A program made the translations under genes and the position numbers. Shown piece after piece: positions 1 through 11,899 of a stretch of 64,000 bases of DNA. The DNA is taken from the NCBI RefSeq assembly GCF_006345805.1, contig NC_043001.1:39246001-39310000 (forward strand), read 5' to 3'. The DNA comes from Octopus sinensis. Taxonomy: Eukaryota. Below the pieces are notes generated by a model. It saw only the letters and a program-made list of their open reading frames with translations, was not told the origin of the DNA and did not search any database. The first letter of the stretch is position 1, and the number at the start of each line of letters is the position of its first letter.

Positions 1-628
1 GAAATACCTCAGTTCTTTGGTCCTCACGTCGCTGGACATTGGCAAACTTCTTCTTTTCTGCTATATCTTTGGCTATGTATACCTGCCGCCCGGCCTCCCT
101 TTGGCTACTTGGTACGGTTCCCTGCTACCCCCATCCCTCCAGGCTCTCCAGGCCTGTTTCTTAGAACTAATGGCTTTGTCTACTGCACTATTCCACCACC
201 ATGTAACTCTAGGTCTGGAAGGAACTTTGCACCATCCACAGACTTGGTCTGTGGCACTCAGCAAGCTGTCCCGTAGGAATTTCCAGCTACCTTCTATGTC
301 CGACGTCTGTAGCTCCTCCTCCCTCTCATCAAATTTCTTGATGAGGATGTCCCTAAATCTCTGACCATGTGAAGGGTTCTTTAGCTTCCAAATCCTTCTT
401 TTCTGGATTGGTCTGTTTCTTGGAGTTCTTCTGGCCTCAAGCCTAAAGTCACTAATTATTAGCCTATGCTGAGGAATACACTCTTCACCCGGGAGGGTCT
501 TTGTATTTAAGAGCGACCCTGCATCCCGCTGTCTGGTGAGGATGAAGTCTATTTGGCTAGCGGAGTCCCCTGACTAATAGGTTATAAGGTGGCAGTCAGG
601 CTTCCTGAAGTTAGTGTTGCAGATTAAA
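1..628 (-). mobile_element. RTE-clade LINE fragment (end of endonuclease plus linker)
   Basis: Minus-strand VCGWCKVPSRPRVTWWWN... matches the copies at 27340 and 60200. Confidence 0.9.
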
Positions 629-629
629 A

Positions 630-1010
630 GGTTACATATACACATATATTTAGAAACAAATAAATACTTGAATTCCAACCAAGCTGAATGTAGAGCATGA
701 ATTCTTTATCCTCTCTTTGATATATCAGGGTAAAAAAACCAGAATTGTCTAATAAATTCAATTTGTATGAACTAACAGAAACAATAGAAATTCTGGTAAG
801 ATGTCATTTCGGAATTTGTGTTTGGAGAGAAAGTTCTTCAGTAAATTAGCCTTCAAGATTTTATTCCATAATCAAACTGCTAATTTTATTAGAGTAATTA
901 TATAAAAGTACTTACAGGGTGATTCACAGGATAAAATTTACTCTTATGTGTTTTGAGTTAGAAAAAGGTGTGGACCTAAATTAATTAATGCCAAGTAATT
1001 AATTTATTGG
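630..1010. repeat. Older diverged paralogue of 3120-3490 and 7820-8190
   Basis: Collinear similarity with many substitutions, e.g. gaatttgtgtttggagagaaagttcttcagtaaattagccttcaa versus ...gagacagttcttcagtaaattggccttcaa. Confidence 0.85.
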
Positions 1011-1028
1011 TTTTACTATTTCTGCCAG

Positions 1029-1090
1029 TCAAAAGTTAAGTTGATATCTGAAATTAATCATGTTACCATAAAAGCCATCCCAAGGTATGG
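1029..1090 (-). CDS. Probable terminal coding exon: (T)IPWDGFYGNMINFRYQLNF-stop
   Basis: Acceptor cttatttctcaag, phase 1. DGFYGNM resembles the a/b micro-exons. No donor precedes the TGA at 1031-1029, and AATAAA follows on the minus strand near 1003-1008. Confidence 0.7.
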
Positions 1091-1603
1091 CTTGAGAAAT
1101 AAGATATTTTGCATAATTACTTTCAAGCTAGAGCTGTCTAAAAACAACTGATTATAATGTGTCATATTCACCATTGCAAATCTCTTCCATATTTTATGTG
1201 TCTTGCCTGAATAAATATCTAGTGAATTTATTGTAAATTATATATTTACTTGGTTTACTAGTACAGCTAAGGCTTACAAAGCATATTCATGGGTTTGATT
1301 ATTAATGAGGATTAATAAAAGTACAAATTTTGTGTAGAATTTTAATATCTTTAATGTTGTACTTAAGTATATGCATATGCATATTATTTAACTATATATT
1401 TCACACAAAGGAAGAACAAGCCAAAATTTTTTTTATAATTTCACCAGAACTGATTTCAGTGATAGGGCTGGGAAATGAGTCTAAAACAAACAAATAACCC
1501 CACCCGTTTTGTCACAGCCCCTGACAGAAACTAAAATAAAATAAAAGGGTGAACTTGTGCTTTAATTAGTGTAATTGTATTAAAGGATTGTTTATACACT
1601 TAC

Positions 1604-1645
1604 TATCAGGTCTCCTTGAAATGTTACCATAAGCATCATCCATCT
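1604..1645 (-). CDS. Cytoplasmic micro-exon type a (42 bp, phase 1-1): MDDAYGNISRRPD
   Basis: Acceptor tttttatttcttaaag, donor A|GTAAGT. Contains YGNI. Confidence 0.8.
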
Positions 1646-2135
1646 CTTTAAGAAATAAAAATAATGAATGTAATATATAGCTATAAATAATATTTAAAAT
1701 ATATTGTATTGTGTTGAATCTTACAGAATAAAGACTAATGAGATAGACTCAAACACATGCACACACACACACGCTCACACACGCACATACATCTATACAT
1801 ACATACGTGTGTGTGTGTATGTATGTATGTATTTATATATACACAAGAATATGTGTGTCTTTGCGTTCATCTCCAGCCATCACTTGACAGTCATAGTTAG
1901 TTCACATCCACTGAACTTAGTGGTTTGGCACAGGAAATCAACAGAATAAGTACTAAGTTTAAAAATAAGTATTTTCATGGATTTGTTAGACTAAACCCTT
2001 CAAGGTAGTGCCCACAGTCCAATGGGTGAAACAAAACAAATATAAATGTCATATGTGAAGCTGCCTAAACCAAGATATTTGCTAACTCTTGCACTAATGA
2101 ATGTAATTTTATTAATGAATTTCTTATATACTTAC

Positions 2136-2177
2136 TACCAGGTATCTGTGAATCATTAACGTAAGCACCATCCATAT
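2136..2177 (-). CDS. Cytoplasmic micro-exon type b (42 bp, phase 1-1): MDGAYVNDSQIPG
   Basis: Acceptor tttttaatttcttaaag, donor A|GTAAGT. Contains YVND. Confidence 0.8.
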
Positions 2178-2299
2178 CTTTAAGAAATTAAAAAAAAAGA
2201 ATAAATAGCATAGCTATAAATAACATTTAAGTGATGTTAGTACTGTGCCAAATCTGCCATAATGCTAGAGAAATAGACTTAAACATTTTCACACACACT

Positions 2300-2822
2300 C
2301 TGCTTTGGACACTAAACTCTGCTTGCGAAGACTTGTTGAGGCAAGTGAAATCGAAATCAAATTCAATAACTGGCTTCCGTGCTAGTGGAGTGCTAAGAGT
2401 ACCATACGAGTGAGATCATAGCCAGAACAACAAGCTGGCCTCCGTGCCGATGGCATGTTAAAAACACCATTCGAGCGTGATCGTTACCTGCGTCGCCTTA
2501 TTGCACTTGTGCTGGTGGCTCGTGAAAAGACATTCGAGCAAGGTTGTTGGCAGTACTGCTGGACTGGCTCCTGTGCAGGTGGCACATAAAAAGCACCATT
2601 TGAGCATGGCTGTTGCCAGTACCGCCTGATCGACCCTCATGCCAGTGGCACGTAAGAGCATCCACTACACGCTTGGAGTGGTTGGTGTTAAGAAGGGCAT
2701 CCAGCTGTAGAAACTCTGCCAGATCAGATTGGAGTCTGGTGCAGCCATCTGGTTTGCCAGACCTCAGTCAAATCGTCCAACCCATTCTAGCATGGAAAGC
2801 GGACGTTAAACGATGATGACGC
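2300..2822 (+). mobile_element. 3' UTR / non-autonomous piece of the RTE-family LINE (duplicated at ~7020-7520)
   Basis: Ends ...gcatggaaagcggacgttaaacgatgatga, the same 3' end as the long LINE at 26370-29887. Confidence 0.85.
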
Positions 2823-2954
2823 TAATGATAATACATGTATGTATGCATATATCAAGAGCCAAAAGTTTGAGAGTGACATGTTTCATGATTGTTAGCTTTC
2901 TGTTTTTGTTATCCTATGATCATGCTATGTACTTCCAATATTGATTATACTTAC

Positions 2955-3014
2955 CTGGCTGTTTCATGCATAAATATCTGGGATCACTAATTTCTGTGCA
3001 CTGTTCTTCCACAG
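2955..3014 (-). CDS. Cytoplasmic micro-exon type c (60 bp, phase 1-1): VEEQCTEISDPRYLCMKQP
   Basis: Acceptor aattttttgaag, consensus donor CAG|GTAAGT. Contains YLCM. Confidence 0.82.
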
Positions 3015-3564
3015 CTTCAAAAAATTACATAAAAATAGGTATATTTATTGTTTGGAGAGTATGATTTAAATAAACTGATATTGCATAGAAAGTAACTAAA
3101 AATATAGGAAAACATACTGCATATTTCACATATATACATGTATATTTAGACAAAAATAAATATTTGAATTCGAACTCAGCTGAATGTAGGGTATGAGTTC
3201 TTTATCCTCTCATTGATGTACAGGGAAAAAGAAAAGAACTGCCTAATAAATTAACTTTGTATGAACAACAGGCAATAAAAGTAATTTTGGTAAAATTGCA
3301 TTTCAGAATTTGTGTTTGGAGAGACAGTTCTTCAGTAAATTGGCCTTCAAAATTTTATTCCATATTGAAACTGCTAATTTTATTAGAGAAATTATATAAA
3401 AGTACTAATGGCGTGGTTCACAGTTTAAAATTGGCTCTTAAGTGATTTGATCTCAGAATATTTTGGTTTTATATTAATTAATGCCAAGTAATTCCACAGA
3501 ATACAGTCTAACTAAATAGATTCACACACACACATGCACACAGACACACACACACATAACAATA

Positions 3565-5900
3565 CATACATCATCATCATCATCGTTTAATGCCCGTTTT
3601 CCATGATGGCTTGAGTTCTTCAGTTTGATTGAGGACTGGCAAGCCAGGAGCCACACCAGGTTCCAATCTGATCTGGCAGTGTTTCTACAGCTGGATGCCC
3701 TTCCTAATGCCAACCACTCCTAGAGTGTAGCGGATGCTTTTTACATGCCACTAGCATGGGAGCCAGTTAGGCGCAGCTGGCTTTGGCCACATTCAGATGG
3801 TACTTTTTATGTGCTATGGCTTTTTATGTGCTACTAGTCGGGACGGGGAGGCTGGCATCAAACATGTTTGGATGGTGCTTTTTACATGCCACCAGCTTGG
3901 AAAGCCAGTCAGGCAGTACTGGCAATGACCCACGCATGCATGGTACATATTGCATGCCACCAGTATGGGAGCCAGTCAGGTAGCACTGGCATCTGCCACA
4001 ACTACAATTCGATTTGATTATATTTTGATTTTACTTGACTCAATAGGTCTCCTCAAGCGCAGAATGTTGCTTGACAATTCAAAGGTACTTTTTAAATGGG
4101 CTGGTTATGCAACACTGGTGTAGGCTACAGCTGTGATCTCACTTTACTTACTGGGTCTTCTCAGTAATAGCATACCTCCAGAGGTCTCAGTCTATTGTCA
4201 TTGCCTCTGTGAGGCCCAACGTTCGAAGGTCATGCTTCACCCTAATCACATTTTATGTCTTACTGAGTCTCCTTCTTCCATGGGTTCCTTCCACTGTTAG
4301 GGAGTGACACTTCTTCACACAGTTCTCCTCATCTGTATGCAGCACATGACCATACCAGCACAGTCATCTCTCTTGCACTCTATGTCCAATGCTTATGTCC
4401 ATTTCTCTCAGGGCACTTACACTCTGTACTGTGTGCACATTGACATTACACATCAAGTGGATCCAACTAGCTTTATTTCTTTCAAGCCTATGCATGTCTT
4501 CAGCAGTCATGGCCCATGTTTCACTGTTATTTAGCATGGCAGTTCACACGCATGCATCATACAATCTACCTTTCACTCTGAGTGAGAAATCCTTTGTCAC
4601 CAGTAGAGGTAGGAGCTTTCTGAACTTTGCCCAGGCTATTCTTATTCTAGTGGCAATGCTCTCTGAACATCTACCCCCACTGCAGACTAAGTAATGGAAG
4701 CTATCAACTATTGAGTTGATGCATAATTATTGCGGCTTTTTTCAAGAAATTTTATTCAACAAAAACAATAATAACATGTAACAAAAACATCTTTAAATGA
4801 TTATTCCAGAGCATATTCACTATCTACTTCAATTACTGCTTCCCATTTGCTTGGCAGACTGTCAGACTGTCATTTAAAGATGTTTTTGTTAAATATTATT
4901 ATTTTTGTTGAATAAAATTTGTCGAAAAAATGCCGCAATAATTATGCACCGACCCATTATTTCTAGTTTTTCCCCCTGTCATGTGATGGAATCAGTCTTA
5001 TGAGCATCTGCAGGGTTTATTGCCCCTGTGCACACAAAAGCTATCTTCCTGGTTAACATACCTTTGATGTGCTGCACCACTTATGCATCCATAGCTTACA
5101 CTGTGTACATCTTATAGAGTTTCTACCTACACCTTTTATACACACCGGGCAGGGCCACCTACCTGAAGGGGTATGTGATGTGTTCGCCTTCATATGTAAT
5201 AGGACTTTGGTCTTTGTGACATTGACTCTAAGGCCCTTCAATTCTAAACCTTGCTTCCACATCTGAAATTTCTTCTCTAGTTCTGGTAGTGATCCTGCTA
5301 TGAAAGCAAGGTCATCAGCATAGAGGATCTCCCACTGTTATTGCCTGGAGGACTATGATGAATAAGAAGGGGGATGAGGACTGATCCTTGGTGAACCCCT
5401 ACTTCTACCTGGAATTCTTTACTATACTCATTGCCGACTCTTATCTTACTAACAACATCCCTGTACAAGACCTGTATAGCTCTTATTAACCACTCGTCTA
5501 TCCCCAGTTTCTGCATTGCTCACCAGATAAAGGCTTGAGGGAATCCGTCAAAGGCTTTCTGCAAGTCAACAAAAGCCAAGTATAGGGTTTATCTTTGGTT
5601 AGGTATTACTCCTATTGTTGCTGTACCAGGTATATAGCATCAGTGGTGCTTCTACCTGACACAAAACAGAATTGCATCTCATCTAAGCAGACTCTCTTCC
5701 TAATTAGTTAGGCTATGATCCTCTCTGTGACCTTCATAACCTGATCCAGCAGTTTGATATCCCTGTAGTTATTTCTATCTAAAGCATCACCTTTACATTT
5801 GTAGCAGCTGACTATGGTGCTGCTATGCCATTAATTAGGTATGACGTCTTTGTGAATTACCTGGTTTACAATACGGGTGACTAGGCCATGACCCACACCA
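3565..5900 (-). mobile_element. Degraded RTE LINE (RT plus 3' UTR) interrupted by a MITE; duplicated at ~8270-10605
   Basis: Minus-strand KLGIDEWLIRAIQVLYRD...GVHQGSVL and GRWPCPVCIKGVGRNSIRCTQC; (CAT)n tail at the left end. Confidence 0.9.
4711..4957. mobile_element. Tc1/mariner-type MITE, 247 bp, TA target-site duplication
   Basis: Imperfect ~80 bp TIRs (gatgcataattattgcggc... / ...gccgcaataattatgcacc), flanked by TA on both sides, splitting LINE sequence ctatcaacTA|tttctag. Confidence 0.9.
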
Positions 5901-6298
5901 CCAGATATTTTAAACATATATTTTAAGATATAATGTGCATTATATCTTTGCTTGGTTTACTGGTACAGCTAAGGCTTACAAAGACGATGTATTGGCTGGA
6001 TTATTAATGAAGATGAATAAAGATGTAAATTATGTGTATAATTCTAAATATTTTCAATTTTGCATTTAAGTACATGCATACGAATCTTCTTAAGCCATAC
6101 AGAAAGTAAGAACAAACCAAAATTTTTGTTAACTTCCCCAGAACTGATTTCAGTGATAGGGCTGGGAAATGAGTCTAAAACAAACAAATAACCCCACCCC
6201 GTTTTGTCACAGCCCCTGACAGAAACTAAAATAAAATAAAAGGGTGAACTTGTGCTTTAATTAGTGTAATTGTATTAAAGGATTGTTTATACACTTAC

Positions 6299-6340
6299 TA
6301 TCAGGTCTCCTTGAAATGTTACCATAAGCATCATCCATCT
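6299..6340 (-). CDS. Cytoplasmic micro-exon type a (42 bp, phase 1-1): MDDAYGNISRRPD
   Basis: Acceptor tttttatttcttaaag, donor A|GTAAGT. Contains YGNI. Confidence 0.78.
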
Positions 6341-6830
6341 CTTTAAGAAATAAAAATAATGAATGTAATATATAGCTATAAATAATATTTAAAATATATT
6401 GTATTGTGTTGAATCTTACAGAATAAAGACTAATGAGATAGACTCAAACACATGCACACACACACACGCTCACACACGCACATACATCTATACATACATA
6501 CATACGTGTGTGTGTGTATGTATGTATTTATATATACACAAGAATATGTGTGTCTTTGCGTTCATCTCCAGCCATCACTTGACAGTCATAGTTAGTTCAC
6601 ATCCACTGAACTTAGTGGTTTGGCACAGGAAATCAACAGAATAAGTACTAAGTTTAAAAATAAGTATTTTCATGGATTTGTTAGACTAAACCCTTCAAGG
6701 TAGTGCCCACAGTCCAATGGGTGAAACAAAACAAATATAAATGTCATATGTGAAGCTGCCTAAACCAAGATATTTGCTAACTCTTGCACTAATGAATGTA
6801 ATTTTATTAATGAATTTCTTATATACTTAC

Positions 6831-6872
6831 TACCAGGTATCTGTGAATCATTAACGTAAGCACCATCCATAT
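6831..6872 (-). CDS. Cytoplasmic micro-exon type b (42 bp, phase 1-1): MDGAYVNDSQIPG
   Basis: Acceptor tttttaatttcttaaag, donor A|GTAAGT. Contains YVND. Confidence 0.78.
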
Positions 6873-7654
6873 CTTTAAGAAATTAAAAAAAAAGAATAAA
6901 TAGCATAGCTATAAATAACATTTAAGTGACGTTAGTACTGTGCCAAATCTGCCATAATAAATGCTAGAGAAATTGACTTAAACAATTTCACACACACTCT
7001 GCTTTGGACACTAAACTCTGCTTGCGAAGACTTGTTGAGGCAAGTGAAATGAAAATCAAAATCGATGACTGGCTTCCGTGCTAGTGGAGTGCTAAGAGTA
7101 CCATACGAGTGAGATCGTAGCCAGAACAACAAGCTGGCCTCCGTGCCGATGGCATGTTAAAAACACCATTCGAGCGTGATCGTTACCTGCATCACCTTAC
7201 TAGCACTTGTGCTGGTGGCTTGTGAAAAGACATTCGAGCAAGGTTGTTGGCAGTACTGCTGGACTGGCTCCTGTGCAGGTGGCACATAAAAAGCACCATT
7301 TGAGCATGGCTGTTGCCAGTACCGCCTGATCGACCCTCATGCCAGTGGCACGTAAAAGCATCCACTACACGCTCGGAGTGGTTGGTGTTAAGAAGGGCAT
7401 CCAGCTGTAGAAACTCTGCCAGATCAGATTGGAGTCTGGTGCAGCCATCTGGTTTGCCAGCCCTCAGTCAAATCGTCCAACCCATTCTAGCATGGAAAGC
7501 GGACATTAAACGATGATGATGCTAATGATAATACATGTATGTATGCATATATCAAGAGCCAAAAGTTTGAGAGTGACATGTTTCATGATTGTTAGCTTTC
7601 TATTTTTGTTATCCTATGATCATGCTATGTACTTCCAATATTGTTTATACTTAC

Positions 7655-7714
7655 GTGGCTGTTTCATGCATAAATATCTGGGATCACTAATTTCTGTGCA
7701 CTGTTCTTCCACAG
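7655..7714 (-). CDS. Cytoplasmic micro-exon type c (60 bp, phase 1-1): VEEQCTEISDPRYLCMKQP
   Basis: Acceptor aattttttgaag, donor CAC|GTAAGT. Contains YLCM (YxxM). Confidence 0.75.
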
Positions 7715-9414
7715 CTTCAAAAAATTACATAAAAATAGGTATATTTATTGTTTGGAGAGTATGATTTAAATAAACTGATATTGCATAGAAAGTAACTAAA
7801 AATATAGGAAAACATACTGCATATTTCACATATATATACATGTATATTTAGACAAAAATAAATATTTGAATTCGAACTTAGCTGAATGTAGGGTATGAGT
7901 TCTTTATCCTCTCATTGATGTACAGGGAAAAAGAAAAGAACTGCCTAATAAATTAACTTTGTATGAACAACAGGCAATAAAAGTAATTTTGGTAAAATTG
8001 CATTTCAGAATTTGTGTTTGGAGAGACAGTTCTTCAGTAAATTGGCCTTCAAAATTTTATTCCATATTGAAACTGCTAATTTTATTAGAGAAATTATATA
8101 AAAGTACTAATGGCGTGGTTCACAGTTTAAAATTGGCTCTTAAGTGATTTGATCTCAGAATATTTTAGTTCTATATTAATTAATGCCAAGTAATTCCACA
8201 GAATACAGTCTAACTAAACAGATTCACACACACACATGCACACAGACACACACACACATAACAATACATACATCATCATCATCATTGTTTAATGCCCGCT
8301 TTCCATGATGGCTTGAGTTCTTCAGTTTGATTGAGGACTGGCAAGCCAGGAGCCACACCAGGTTCCAATCTGATCTGGCAGTGTTTCTACAGCTGGATGC
8401 TCTTCCTAATGCCAACCACTCCTAGAGTGTAGCGGATGCTTTTTACATGCCACTAGCATGGGAGCCAGTTAGGCGCAGCTGGCTTTGGCCACATTTGGTT
8501 GGTACTTTTTATGTGCTATGGCTTTTTATGTGCTACTAGTCGGGATGGGGAGGCTGGCATCAAACATGTTTGGTTGGTGCTTTTTACATGCCACCAACAT
8601 GGAAAGCCAGTCAGGCAGTACTGGCAATGACCCACGCATGCATGGTACTTAGTGCATGCCACCAGTATGGGAGCCAGTCAGGTAGCACTGGCATCTGCCA
8701 CAACTACAATTCGATTTGATTATATTTTGATTTTACTTGACTCAACAGGTCTCCTCAAGAGCAGAATGTTACTTGACAATTCAAGGTACTTTTTAAATGG
8801 GCTGGTCATGCAACACTGGTGTAGGCTACAGCTGTGATCTCACTTTACTTACTGGGTCTTCTCAGTTATAGCATACCTCCAGAGGTCTCAGTCTATTGTC
8901 ATTGCCTCTGTGAGGCCCAACGTTCAAAGGTCATGCTTCACCCTAACCACATTTTATGTCTTACTGAGTCTCCTTCTTCCATGGGTTCCTTCCACTGTTA
9001 GGGAGTGACACTTCTTCACACAGTTCTCCTCATCTGTATGCAGCACATGACCATACCAGCACAGTCATCTCTCTTGCACTCTACGTCCAATGCTTATGTC
9101 CAACATTTCTCTCAGGGCACTTACACTCCGTACTGTGTGCACATTGACATTACACATCAAGTGGATCCAACTAGCTTTATTTCTTTCAAGCCTATGCATG
9201 TCTTCAGCAGTCATGGCCCATGTTTCACTGTTATTTAGCTTGGCAGTTCACACACATGCATCATACAATCTACCTTTCACTCTGAGTGAGAAATCCTTTG
9301 TCACCAGTAGAGGTAGGAGCTTTCTGAACTTTGCCCAGGCTATTCTTATTCTAGTGGCAATGCTCTCTGAACATCTACCCCCAATGCAGACTAAGTAGCG
9401 GAAGCTATCAACTA

Positions 9415-9661
9415 TTGGGTTGATGCATAATTATTGCGGCTTTTTTCAAGAAATTTTATTCAACAAAAACAATAACAACATGTAACAAAAACATCTTTAA
9501 ATGATTATTCCGGAGCATATTCACTATCTACTTCAATTACTGCTTCCCATTTGCTTGACAGACTGTCAGACTGTCATTTAAAGATGTTTTTGTTAAATAT
9601 TATTATTTTTGTTGAATAAAATTTGTCGAAAAAATGCCGCAATAATTATGCACCGACCCAT
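9415..9661. mobile_element. Duplicate copy of the 247 bp mariner-type MITE
   Basis: Same TIRs and TA TSD at the equivalent position of the second 4.7 kb unit. Confidence 0.9.
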
Positions 9662-11010
9662 TATTTCTAGTTTCTCCCCCTGTCATGTGATGGAATCAGT
9701 CTTATGAGCATCTGCAGGGTTTATTGCCCCTGTGCACACAAAAGCTATCTTCCTGGTTAACATACCTTTGATGTGCTGCACCACTTTTGCATCCATAGCT
9801 TACACTGGGTACATCTTATAGAGTTTCTACCTACACCTTTTATACACACCGGGCAGGGCCACCTACCAGAAGGGGTGTGTGATGTGTTCGCCTTCATATG
9901 TACTAGGACTTTGGTCTTTGTGACATTGACTCTAAGGCCCTTCAACTCTAAACCTTGCTTCCACATCTGAAATTTCTTCTCTAGTTCTGGTAGTGATCCT
10001 GCTATGAAAGCAAGGTCATCAGCATAGAGGATCTCCCACTGTTATTGCCTGGAGGACTATGATGAATAAGAAGGGGGATGAGGACTGATCCTTGGTGAAC
10101 CCCTACTTCTACCTGGAATTCTTTACTATACTCATTGCCGACTCTTATCTTACTAACAACATCCCTGTACAAGACCTGTATAGCTCTTATTAACCACTCG
10201 TCTATCCCCAGTTTCTGCATTGCTCACCAGATAAAGGCTTGAGGGAATCTGTCAAAGGCTTTCTGCAAGTCAACAAAAGCCAAGTATAGGGGTTTATCTT
10301 TGGTTAGGTATTACTCCTATTGTTGCTGTACCAGGAATATAGCATCAGTGGTGCTTCTACCTGACACAAAACCGAATTGCATCTCATCTAAGCAGACTCT
10401 CTTCCTAATTAGTTGGGCTATGATCCTCTCTGTGACCTTCATCACCTGATCCAGCAGTTTGATATCCCTGTAGTTATTTCTATCTAAAGCATCACCTTTA
10501 CATTTGTAGCAGCTGACTATGGTGCTGCTATGCCATTAATTAGGTATGACTTCTTTGTGAATTACCTGGTTTACAATACGGGTGACTAGGCCATGACCCA
10601 CACCACCAGATATTTTAAGCATATATTTTAAGATATAATGTGAATTATATCTTTGCTTGGTTTACTGGTACAGCTAAGGCTTACAAGGAAGATGTATGGG
10701 CTGGATTATTAATGAAGATGAATAAAGATGTAAATTACATGTATAATTCTAAATATTTTCAATGTTGCATTTAAGTACATGCATACGAATCTTCTGAAGC
10801 CATATATTTTACAGAAAGTAAGAACAAACCAAAATTTTTGCTAACTTCACCAGAACTGATTTCAGGGATAGGGCTGGGAAATGAGTCTAAAACAAACAAA
10901 TAACCCCACCCCGTTTTGTCACAGCCCCTGACAGAAACTAAAATAAAATAAAAGGGTGAACTTGTGCTTTAATTAGTGTAATTGTATTAAAGGATTGTTT
11001 ATACACTTAC

Positions 11011-11052
11011 TATCAGGTTTCCTTGAAATGTTACCATAAGCATCATCCATGT
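11011..11052 (-). CDS. Cytoplasmic micro-exon type a (42 bp, phase 1-1): MDDAYGNISRKPD
   Basis: Acceptor tttttatttcttaaag, donor A|GTAAGT. Frame open, contains YGNI. Confidence 0.8.
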
Positions 11053-11679
11053 CTTTAAGAAATAAAAATAATGAATATAATACATAGCTATAAATAACAG
11101 TTAAAATATATAGTATTGTGCTGATACTATCAGAATAAAGACTAATGAGATAGAATGAAACACATGCACACACAGCGACACACAGACACATGCACACACA
11201 TAAGTATAAACATGTGTTTCAGGTGTAAGTTTTAATTTCTAATTCTTAGATAAGAAACTTTCTTATTCCCTCATGAGGAAAGTTAAAGAACAAGATATTT
11301 ACTGCTCAATCAATGTTACTTAAACAAAATTCCACAAATCATGTCATGATTCACTATTTTTCCCATTTCGATTTCTTCTCAAATGACAAATTCCCAGTAA
11401 CTTCTATTAAAATGATTTTTGACACCATCATTCTTAACAATTAACTGACTAATCAATGTTCTAAACTAAAGCAAGAGAGAGTCATGTACAAGTGCTTAAT
11501 GACACATTTGGAATTACTGATCATTAAGCATTAGAGGCATTCAAGTGCCCTCCATGGAATGTTATTAAATATGAAGATTCTTCCTAACATGGACCCCACA
11601 TAGGAAACAGTTGTTCTAGTAAACAGAAGTATCATGGGTAAATCATTTAAGGTTATGAAAATAAAGAAAGTCTTCATAA

Positions 11680-11740
<61 letters not shown>

Positions 11741-11899
11741 GTGTATGTGTATATATACATTAATAACTTTGCCATTCTCTCTCATTTTTTGGTCCTTTTT
11801 CCAGCATGTATAATTATAAATTTATTCTCCTCTACCTTCACCACCATCTAAAAAAACACTTTACCACACTTTCTTTCAGCTGATTTCAGCCTTCTATTA

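Larger units (their letters stand above)
1444..11170. repeat. Tandem segmental duplication, period ~4.7 kb (units 1444-6137 and 6138-10849, partial third unit 10850-~11170)
   Basis: The anchor ccagaactgatttcag(t/g)gatagggctggg occurs at 1444, 6138 and 10850. Paired ORFs are offset by 4695-4704 bp. The units share the same LINE, MITE and SINE insertions. Confidence 0.95.

Noticed and set aside
1029-2177. ITIM or ITAM interpretation of the tail tyrosines
   Set aside because: No (I/V/L/S)xYxx(L/V) motif and no YxxL/I-x6-8-YxxL/I pair is present; the motifs are YxN and YxxM types.
1444-11170. CRISPR-like or prokaryotic repeat-array interpretation of repeats in the window
   Set aside because: The context is eukaryotic and intron-rich, with no short regularly spaced repeats with unique spacers and no cas-like ORFs.
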